Assembly: GCA_028278335.1 (NCBI GenBank)
Contig: JANQEN010000192.1
Coordinates: forward strand, 30,881-94,880
Source of the DNA: Chitinivibrionales bacterium
GTDB taxonomy: Bacteria; Fibrobacterota; Chitinivibrionia; Chitinivibrionales; JANQEN01
Direction: 5' to 3'
DNA length: 64,000 nucleotides
The notes below the pieces were generated by a model. It worked only from the letters and a program-made list of their open reading frames with translations, made no database searches and was not told the origin of the DNA. How positions within the stretch are numbered: the stretch's first letter is position 1; each line of letters begins with the position of its first letter. A program made the position numbers and the translations under genes. Shown here in pieces: positions 28,453-36,464 of the stretch.

Positions 28453-29748
28453 TCAGGACGTGGTTGTTGAGGTGGTTAAATATTTCTGTCCAAAGGACCA
28501 CAAACAAAGTATTAAAAGAGCGTAAACATGATAGGTGGAATTCCAATAATAACGAAAAAGCATAAAGAGGGAGAGTTCTAAAATTATGCTTATGGTTGTG
28601 ATTGAAAGGCAAAAAAGTAGGGTAGAGAGTTGCCGCCATTTCCGAAATACGAATAGACATCCGGGAAAGAGAAGTAAGGTTGTTAGCCAGTTAATAATTG
28701 AGATGATCACTCCCTTTTTAATGTAGGTAGTGGAAATGATATCTAGAGTGGCTGTTGCCCAAAGCTCAACACCGGGAAAGGTTTTGGCTACCGGGGTGGT
28801 AAAAAAGCCAGTTGGTAGAGCACTGGGTGTGGTGATACCAACAAAAACTAACTTGTTTTGGAGCTGCTCCTGTGTAATACTATTAGAGAGAATATCTGCA
28901 GCTGAGAGAGTCGTTATTGTTCCTGGTTCTCCACGAAAGTTTAAGCGAAGAGAGCCTTGATTACGGATTAAGGGGATTTTTTTAGAACTGAGATGAACAG
29001 AGCCGTTACCATTTAAGACTAAATCTTCCTTTTTCATATTAAGAAAAGATGCAGCAGCAGCAAGTGCAAAGGAGGGATAAAACTCATTGCCTGCTCGTAA
29101 TACATGGACCAATTCTCGGACCGTTCTGTTGGACTCATGGATTGAGACATTAAGAAATCCTGCATGAGTTGCGTGTTTGGCGATTAAGGGATCTCCAAAT
29201 TCCACTTTCTTTGCAGCATAGGAAAAATTCTTAAAGATTGTCTCACTATTTTTTTTCTCCTTAAAACGATACTCATAGGCAAGAGGCGCAACCAACGCAG
29301 TTGGTGCTGCATGGTCGGTAACTTTTTCAAAGTGCATACCCATGACACATTGGTTGATCGATTCTAAGGTTTTTCGTAAGCTATCACTTCCAGGATCATC
29401 AACACGGGGAGGGAACACAAAATTTAGCGCAATAACAGCAGGGTCTGCATCATTGATTTGTTTGATCAATTGGGCAAAGACTTCCCGTGGCCAGGGAAAC
29501 TCACCAATCTCTTTTATAGCCTTTGAATCAATTCCAACAATAACAATTTCATTTGGGGTCGTGGATTTGATAAACTTGAATTTGTAGTCATAAAAATAGT
29601 TTTCTATGGTTGGAAAGGCTGTGCGAACAACAAAAAGAAGGCAGTAAAAGAGCGTTGTTATGGTGGTGAGGATAATTAGCTGTTTTATGTTGTTCATTGG
29701 TTTTGTCATGTTTAACTCACATTGTGTTAGTATATCATATAATACCAT
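28453..29748 (-). CDS. CHASE2-domain membrane sensor with no cytoplasmic output domain
   Basis: IVIVGID...GEFPWPR...NKLVFVG...PGVEL CHASE2 motifs; N-terminal TM and three C-terminal TMs, then stop; the true start may be 29709. Confidence 0.82.
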   Translation of the reverse strand: MVLYDILTQCELNMTKPMNNIKQLIILTTITTLFYCLLFVVRTAFPTIENYFYDYKFKFIKSTTPNEIVIVGIDSKAIKEIGEFPWPREVFAQLIKQINDADPAVIALNFVFPPRVDDPGSDSLRKTLESINQCVMGMHFEKVTDHAAPTALVAPLAYEYRFKEKKNSETIFKNFSYAAKKVEFGDPLIAKHATHAGFLNVSIHESNRTVRELVHVLRAGNEFYPSFALAAAASFLNMKKEDLVLNGNGSVHLSSKKIPLIRNQGSLRLNFRGEPGTITTLSAADILSNSITQEQLQNKLVFVGITTPSALPTGFFTTPVAKTFPGVELWATATLDIISTTYIKKGVIISIINWLTTLLLFPGCLFVFRKWRQLSTLLFCLSITTISIILELSLFMLFRYYWNSTYHVYALLILCLWSFGQKYLTTSTTTS

Positions 29749-29859
29749 AGTTCAAGGAGTGACTTCAATAACAATGGCTTCCCTCACTAAAAATTGCATC
29801 AATTATTTTAAATGTCTTAGAAATAATATAGAGTAAACCTGTATCAAAGGACATGAATC

Positions 29860-30312
29860 ATGAAACGTCGGGATTTCGCTGCCTCCATAGCTGCTCTGGC
29901 TATTGCATCATGTAATCCTCGGATGGATAAAAGAAAGAAGCGTTATGATGAAAAGGAGTGCCCTTTTTGCGTTCCTAAACCAGGAGAGTGCAGTTACTGC
30001 AATGGAAAGGGTAAGTGTACTTACTGCAATGGAACTGGTAAAAGGAAAACAAGCACAAAGAATTATCCAAAACGAGGTGTCGAGCGACTGGAGTATGAGG
30101 AGGATTGTCCCTATTGTAAGGCTTCAGGTAAATGCCGCTATTGTGATGGTGTAGGTAAATGCTGGGCCTGTAAGGGAACCGGTCAGATAGAGGATTGGAA
30201 CTTCTATGAGCGCCATAAAGCAGAGCTGGCAGAAAAGCAGGATCAGAAACAGCCTGCTGTTTCAAAGGAGAATGAAGCAATACAAACCTCTGACTCAACA
30301 AAGCAAGAGTAG
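29860..30312 (+). CDS. Putative Tat-exported lipoprotein with DnaJ-type CxxCxGxG zinc fingers
   Basis: MKRRDFAA twin-arginine motif plus IASC lipobox; six CxxC motifs. Confidence 0.75.
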   Translation: MKRRDFAASIAALAIASCNPRMDKRKKRYDEKECPFCVPKPGECSYCNGKGKCTYCNGTGKRKTSTKNYPKRGVERLEYEEDCPYCKASGKCRYCDGVGKCWACKGTGQIEDWNFYERHKAELAEKQDQKQPAVSKENEAIQTSDSTKQE

Positions 30313-30384
30313 CTGCCACTTTTTGCATGCACCATAGTACCACCAGCAACAATGAATTATTAACCAACTTGGACTAAAACGACT

Positions 30385-31893
30385 ATGAAGAAAAGACCAG
30401 TTTGCCTCATCATCCGCGATGGGTGGGGAAAGGGTAATGAAGAAGATTCCAATGCTATTTTTAAAGCGAACACCCCACATACTGACCTATATGAGCGTAC
30501 CAACCCAACAACAGTAATTAACACCTCCGGTGAAGGGGTAGGTCTTCCTGAGGGATACCAGGGAAATAGTGAGGTCGGCCATTTAAATATTGGTGCTGGT
30601 CGCGTTGTGTATCAGAGCTTAACCAGAATTGATAAATCTATTAAGGACAAAGATTTTTTTGAGAATCAAGCATTTCTTAATGCCATTGCTCATGCTAAGG
30701 ATAAAAAGGCAACACTCCATTTGATGGGTTTAATTCAGGAAGAGGGCGTTCATGCAGTTACTCGCCATTGTCATGCTCTCTTGGAATTATGCAAATCGCA
30801 AGGATTAGACCGTGTTGTGATTCATGCCTTAACCGATGGTCGTGACACACCGCCAAAATCTGCTCTGGAGCATCTGACCTTCCTACAAGAGGGGATCGAT
30901 AGAATTGGTGTTGGTCGGGTAGCCACCGTAATTGGGCGGTACTATGCCATGGATCGTGACACTCGATGGGATCGAACAGAGATTGCCTATCGAGCAATAA
31001 TGGAGGGGGCTGGTAAAAAGGTAGAGAACTGGAAAAACGCTATTGAAGATTCCTATGCTGCAGACGAGAGTGACGAATTTATTAAACCTCGTTTAATTGA
31101 TTATCACGGTGTCGGTGCCGATGATGTAATGATATTTTTTAACTTTCGTTTTGATAGAACAAGGCAGTTGACAAAGGCTATTGTTGAATCAGATTTTTCT
31201 GAATTTAACACGATAAATCATCAAGTTCATTTTGTAGCGATGACGCACTACTATGACGAAGGGAACTTTTTTGAAGCTTTTCCTGAATTAGAAAATAAGA
31301 ATATCTTTGGCGAAGTGTTGGCAAGAGAGGGGCTTAAGCAGCTCCGCTGTGCAGAAACGGAAAAATACGCCCATGTAACCTTTTTCTTTAATAGCCTTAA
31401 TAATGATGCCTTTGAGTTGGAAGATCGTGTATTGGTTAATAGCCCCAAAGTTGCAACCTACGATCTCAAACCGGAGATGAGTGCCTTTGAAGTGCGCGAC
31501 AAATTAGTACAGGCAATTAATAGCGATACCTATGACGTGGTAATTTGTAACTTTGCCAATTGTGACATGGTTGGTCATACTGGTGTGTATGAAGCAATTA
31601 CCAAGGCTGTCCAGACCGTTGACACCTGTGTGCATGATGTGGTTGAGGCGGTACTTTCCAAAGGTGGTGTTGCCCTGTTGTTTGCTGATCATGGTAATGC
31701 AGAGCAAACAAAGTTATCCGATGGATCACCGATGACTGCTCACACAACCAATGTGGTACCCTTGACGGTTGTTGGTGCTGGCGATGTTTCCTTGAGAAAA
31801 GATGGTAGCCTTTGTGATATTGCACCCACCGCACTTGCCTTAATGGAGATAGAACAACCTACAGAGATGACCGGACGGTCATTAATAGTTTAA
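30385..31893 (+). CDS. gpmI: 2,3-bisphosphoglycerate-independent phosphoglycerate mutase
   Basis: DGWG, GNSEVGH, DGRDTPP, GRYYAMDRD, AETEKYAHVTFFF and DHGNAE motifs. Confidence 0.97.
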   Translation: MKKRPVCLIIRDGWGKGNEEDSNAIFKANTPHTDLYERTNPTTVINTSGEGVGLPEGYQGNSEVGHLNIGAGRVVYQSLTRIDKSIKDKDFFENQAFLNAIAHAKDKKATLHLMGLIQEEGVHAVTRHCHALLELCKSQGLDRVVIHALTDGRDTPPKSALEHLTFLQEGIDRIGVGRVATVIGRYYAMDRDTRWDRTEIAYRAIMEGAGKKVENWKNAIEDSYAADESDEFIKPRLIDYHGVGADDVMIFFNFRFDRTRQLTKAIVESDFSEFNTINHQVHFVAMTHYYDEGNFFEAFPELENKNIFGEVLAREGLKQLRCAETEKYAHVTFFFNSLNNDAFELEDRVLVNSPKVATYDLKPEMSAFEVRDKLVQAINSDTYDVVICNFANCDMVGHTGVYEAITKAVQTVDTCVHDVVEAVLSKGGVALLFADHGNAEQTKLSDGSPMTAHTTNVVPLTVVGAGDVSLRKDGSLCDIAPTALALMEIEQPTEMTGRSLIV

Positions 31894-31912
31894 CCGTAAT
31901 TGATCTACTACT

Positions 31913-33559
31913 ATGAAAATAGCACTATGTCAATTAAATGCCATTGTTGGCGATGTCGAAGGAAATCTTCGACTTGTTAAAGAGGCTTTGCAGAACACTG
32001 CCAATGAGTCCCCAGATCTTTTAGTGTTTCCAGAAATGTTTTTGCAAGGATATCCACCACAAGACCTTGTCGAGAATGCTTGGTTTATTGAAAAGGGTGA
32101 ATGGGCTGTAGAGCAATTGTGTGATCTGACAAAGCAATACTCCCATTGTGGTCTTTTAGTTGGTTTGGCCAGAAAAAACACAGTAGCTCATGGAAGAGGG
32201 CTTGTGAATGCTGCTGTATTGATTTATCAGGGCAAGGTTGTGTTTCAGCAGAATAAGGCACTTCTTCCTACCTATGATGTTTTTGATGAGCTTCGCTATT
32301 TTGATCCTTCCCCAGAAGTCAATATCGTCCCCTTTAAAGGTGAGAAGCTTGGTATTACTATTTGTGAGGATATTTGGAATCCAAAGGAACTCTTTGACCA
32401 ACCACTCTATGATTTAGATCCAGTAGAAGAGCTTGCACAAAAGGGCGCGACAATTATCATTAATTGTTCTGCCTCTCCCTTTTATTTGGGAAAGCGAAAG
32501 CGTTGCTTTGAGCTCGGAAACCATCACGCGTCGAAACATGGCCTTCCCTTTGTGTTTGTTAATATGATAGGAGCCAATGATGAACTCATATTTGATGGCT
32601 CCAGCATGTACTTCGATAAAGCTGGTGCGCTTATTGAAGCACTTCCCTCTTTTGTGGAAGGTGTTCGGGTTGTTGACACGAAGCAAGAGAAAGCTTCCCT
32701 GCCGAAGTTAGTTGAAAATTCAATCGATGAAATCTACAAGGCTCTTGTCCTGGGTGTTCGAGATTACACACGGAAGTGTGGCTTTAAACAGGTGGTTCTT
32801 GGTCTTTCCGGGGGGATTGACTCTGCGGTTGTTTGTGCTCTTGCGGTAAAGGCTTTAGGAGCACAAAACGTCCTTGGTGTATCAATGCCATCACAGTTTT
32901 CATCCAAGGGCAGTGTTGCCGATGCCGAGATACTTGCAAAAAATCTTGGGATTCAGCTACATACAGTTCCGATAAAATCTTTGTATGATACCTTTAATAC
33001 CTCTTTGGCTACGCTTTTTAAGGGATGTCAACCGGATGTCACTGAAGAGAATATTCAAGCACGCATTCGTGGTAGTCTTCTTATGGCTCTGTCTAACAAG
33101 TTTAATGCACTTCTTTTGTCAACGGGCAATAAAAGCGAATCTGCTGTAGGATACTGTACGCTTTATGGTGATATGAATGGTGGACTTAGTGTCATATCTG
33201 ATCTCTATAAAACTACCGTGTATGAGCTGGCTCGATTTATAAATAACGACAAAGAGTATATTCCCGAAGCTATTCTTACCAAAGCACCATCCGCCGAGCT
33301 AAAACCGGACCAAAAAGACCAAGATACACTTCCCGATTATGAAGTGTTGGATGATATCCTTAAGATGATGCTCGAACAAAATGCATCAACAGAGGCGATT
33401 CTAAATAAGGGGTATGATAAGGATATTGTCTTATGGATTGCCGATGCGGTTATTAAAAATGAGTATAAAAGACGCCAGGCTGCACCGGGACTAAAGATTA
33501 CTAAAAAAGCCTTTGGTTTAGGAAGACGATTTCCAATCGCAGCGCAGTATCGCAGGTAG
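31913..33559 (+). CDS. nadE: Glutamine-dependent NAD+ synthetase
   Basis: Nitrilase-like N-domain (FPE, K, ICED) plus GLSGGIDS, ENIQAR, STGNKSE and PSAEL. Confidence 0.95.
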   Translation: MKIALCQLNAIVGDVEGNLRLVKEALQNTANESPDLLVFPEMFLQGYPPQDLVENAWFIEKGEWAVEQLCDLTKQYSHCGLLVGLARKNTVAHGRGLVNAAVLIYQGKVVFQQNKALLPTYDVFDELRYFDPSPEVNIVPFKGEKLGITICEDIWNPKELFDQPLYDLDPVEELAQKGATIIINCSASPFYLGKRKRCFELGNHHASKHGLPFVFVNMIGANDELIFDGSSMYFDKAGALIEALPSFVEGVRVVDTKQEKASLPKLVENSIDEIYKALVLGVRDYTRKCGFKQVVLGLSGGIDSAVVCALAVKALGAQNVLGVSMPSQFSSKGSVADAEILAKNLGIQLHTVPIKSLYDTFNTSLATLFKGCQPDVTEENIQARIRGSLLMALSNKFNALLLSTGNKSESAVGYCTLYGDMNGGLSVISDLYKTTVYELARFINNDKEYIPEAILTKAPSAELKPDQKDQDTLPDYEVLDDILKMMLEQNASTEAILNKGYDKDIVLWIADAVIKNEYKRRQAAPGLKITKKAFGLGRRFPIAAQYRR

Positions 33560-33573
33560 GTTTAGGAATAGGA

Positions 33574-35334
33574 TTAGAGGACACTTTCTTTTACTGACTC
33601 AAAACCATCAATAAGAGATTCTACCTTTAATAAATCAGGGTTAGCAGCATCTTCCTCTCTCTTGAGGATTGCTTGCTCATTAATTTCAATCTCTCGCGTT
33701 GTTTTCGCAAGGGCTTCATAAGCAGATTTCAGCTCTTTAGTAAATTCTGAAAAGAGAGCTGATGCATCGCTTCCAATTGTTTCGATAAGTTCTTCAAGAC
33801 TTGTGTCTATAATATTAATGATTTGTGTGGTATAGTAATTGATGATTTGCTGACGTTGCTTCTCTTGGCTGGCAAGACGACTGAGCATTGTGCTTTTAAA
33901 GGGTGCCACAGCGTATGATGACATTGGTCTTTCCCAAGGTTTCGTTGTGTCCAACTCTTCAACACTTAGAGAGATTTTACATGGCTGATATTCTGAGTCT
34001 ACAAGCTCTTCATTTTTTAAATTTGTATGCTCAATTAAGGTTGCAAGCTCTCGGTTGTGAGCATTTGTCGCTTTTCGTAACGGTTTATTCAGCTCAGTAA
34101 GGGTAGAAAGATAAATCAAATTAACACTCTCTTCAAAAAGCTGTGCTAAAGTAGAGGTGATAATTGGCTCATGAGACTTTTTTGGTTTCTCTGGACATAA
34201 CTTTGTCAAAAGGTCCTTAAAGCGTGAACGAAGGCTTTCCCGCTTTGAGTGAACCAATTTCCTAAGAAAATCAATCAATGCCTTTGCTTCAACCTCAGCA
34301 AGGGAGAGCGCTCGCTCCTGTTCCTCTGTTAAGCTGGCTAAAAGTTTTTTTACTGTGGAAAGACGATTACGACTCTCCTCTATTGGTTTGATGAGCTCCT
34401 GCCTACGGTCGTGCAAAATCTGGAGAATGGTTGATAGTGCTAAGGAGAACTTGCCAGTCAAGGCTTCGGAGAGAGCGAAATACTTCTCTCGTATGAGGAA
34501 ATCCAATATCTCCTTTTCAACACGAGCAAAACCATGTTTTTCATAGAGCGATTCGTCACCATAGCCATTGCCTAATTTCTTTGCAGTCACCGAGAACAGG
34601 TGTACATCCAGAGAAATGCCGAACGTTTTTCGTAAGGTGTCCTTAATAAATAATTCAGAAGTTGCCCGTTCCTCTTTGTTAATAAGATCTATCTTATTGT
34701 AGATAAAAAAGATTCGAGGAACCGTTTTCACAACGCTTTGTAAAAAATCAAGTTCCACTTGAGTAATAGGTAAGTCGGCGCTAAGAAGAAATAGAGCGGC
34801 ATCACAGGTGGATAGATAGTCTAAGGTGGTTTGTGTGTTGTGAATATAGGTAGAGCCAAATCCAGGTGTGTCGATTATGACTGTTCCATGATGGAGTAAC
34901 TCGCTCTGGCATTGTACCGTTATTTCCGACACATGTTCACGATTTCTTGGATTGTTCTTCTCTGTTGCATAGCGATCTAAAAGTTCATGAACAGCCTCTG
35001 TCGATCCGGAAGTTGATTGTGGTTCCTGGCCATCGGAAAAGGCGATGGTGCAGGCATTTTCCTTGCCGTAGGCAATAACTGTGGGAACTGAGGTTATGGG
35101 TAGAACGGAAACAGGGAGAACCTTCATACCCAACAGTGCATTAATAAAGGAACTCTTTCCTCGATTGAACTGGCCCAATACTGCAATGTGTAACTTACCA
35201 CCAGCCAGGCGATCTCTTAGTTCACGAATATTTCGTGTAAGGTTTTGATATTCCGTGCTAGGAGGTAATTCATGACAATAGGACAGTGCCTTGTCTATGA
35301 TTGTGTCAATTGCAATTGAGGGTGTTGAGTTCAT
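33574..35334 (-). CDS. Bacterial dynamin-like GTPase
   Basis: G1 GQFNRGKSS, G3 DTPG and G4 NKID, followed by a long helical stalk. Confidence 0.85.
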   Translation of the reverse strand: MNSTPSIAIDTIIDKALSYCHELPPSTEYQNLTRNIRELRDRLAGGKLHIAVLGQFNRGKSSFINALLGMKVLPVSVLPITSVPTVIAYGKENACTIAFSDGQEPQSTSGSTEAVHELLDRYATEKNNPRNREHVSEITVQCQSELLHHGTVIIDTPGFGSTYIHNTQTTLDYLSTCDAALFLLSADLPITQVELDFLQSVVKTVPRIFFIYNKIDLINKEERATSELFIKDTLRKTFGISLDVHLFSVTAKKLGNGYGDESLYEKHGFARVEKEILDFLIREKYFALSEALTGKFSLALSTILQILHDRRQELIKPIEESRNRLSTVKKLLASLTEEQERALSLAEVEAKALIDFLRKLVHSKRESLRSRFKDLLTKLCPEKPKKSHEPIITSTLAQLFEESVNLIYLSTLTELNKPLRKATNAHNRELATLIEHTNLKNEELVDSEYQPCKISLSVEELDTTKPWERPMSSYAVAPFKSTMLSRLASQEKQRQQIINYYTTQIINIIDTSLEELIETIGSDASALFSEFTKELKSAYEALAKTTREIEINEQAILKREEDAANPDLLKVESLIDGFESVKESVL

Positions 35335-35355
35335 AAGAGTCTTTTCCTAGAATGA

Positions 35356-36270
35356 CTAAGACCAAAGCTTTTCAGGGTATATGCCCTGCTGTATTAATGC
35401 CAAAATGGCCTGTTTTACCTGTGGTTTGTCCTCTTGATAGGTGACGCCAAACCATTGATCATTTGTCTTAAGTACAGAGACCTTGCAGCGATCTTCTTGG
35501 ATTAACTCATTTACAACAGTTGGTATAAAGAATTCTGATTTGTTATTGGTGATGTTGGTTGAAAGAAAATCAATAAACTGTGTTTCAAGCTCATTAAATA
35601 ATTTAGGAGTAAATCCCCAAATATTCATTGAGACCAAACAATCTCGAGGCAAGGCAATCCAAGATTCTCCATCTTCAGTAAAGTGAGGAGCTGAATCAAT
35701 ATTTTTAACTTTTGTTCGCTCCACAACATTGGAGAGAAATCCTTCGTTGTCAATTGAACAGATTCCTCGAGCCACATGTCCATGCTCTGTCAGAGTGTTC
35801 TCCAAGGCATAGCTAATCATTGAGTAAGTTGGGACTACTGACGAATCATCAGCCGAGGAAAGGAAGTCATACAACACTTGATAGGCTTGAGAACCGTAAA
35901 AGTCATCTGCATTAAGGGCTCCGAAGGGAGCATCAATAACATCCTTTGCACAGAGCACCGCATGAGCTGTTCCCCAGGGCTTGACTCGTTCATCGGGAAG
36001 TATAAATCCTTCGGGAAGCTTGGACAATCCTTGATATACATAGGAGACCTCGGCATGTTTCTCAATATTAGAGCCGATTGTTTCTTTAAAAACTTCTTCA
36101 ATCTCTTTTCTTATTATAAATACAAACCGTTTAAAACCCGCTCGAAGCGCATCATAGAGAGAGTAATCAATAATTATCTCTCCTGATGGACCAACAGGAT
36201 CTACCTGTTTTAAACCACCGTACCGACTGCCTATTCCTGCGGCCATAATAATAAGTTGGGGTTCTGCCAT
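35356..36270 (-). CDS. Sugar-phosphate nucleotidyltransferase family protein
   Basis: IMAAGIGSRYGGLKQ, KPWGTAHA, NADDFYG and WFGVTY; ATG at 36270 after AAGGA. Confidence 0.88.
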   Translation of the reverse strand: MAEPQLIIMAAGIGSRYGGLKQVDPVGPSGEIIIDYSLYDALRAGFKRFVFIIRKEIEEVFKETIGSNIEKHAEVSYVYQGLSKLPEGFILPDERVKPWGTAHAVLCAKDVIDAPFGALNADDFYGSQAYQVLYDFLSSADDSSVVPTYSMISYALENTLTEHGHVARGICSIDNEGFLSNVVERTKVKNIDSAPHFTEDGESWIALPRDCLVSMNIWGFTPKLFNELETQFIDFLSTNITNNKSEFFIPTVVNELIQEDRCKVSVLKTNDQWFGVTYQEDKPQVKQAILALIQQGIYPEKLWS

Positions 36271-36409
36271 AGCTGATTCCTTTTTCATTGAGTACTGTGT
36301 GGAATTTCCTCGGTGATGATTGTGAATGAAGCCTAACGATGTATTCGATTTTCATATAAAATAATTTTTACCATCTCCGAGAATCGAGTATTAGAGGAGA
36401 ATACCAAAT

Positions 36410-36441
36410 AAAAACGGCCCACAGAAAGATCTGTGGGCCGT
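36410..36441 (-). terminator. Intrinsic terminator of ppdK
   Basis: ACGGCCCACAGA / TCTGTGGGCCGT stem with a U-tract on the minus strand. Confidence 0.8.
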
Positions 36442-36464
36442 GTGTTTTACCAAATGAGGTTGCT

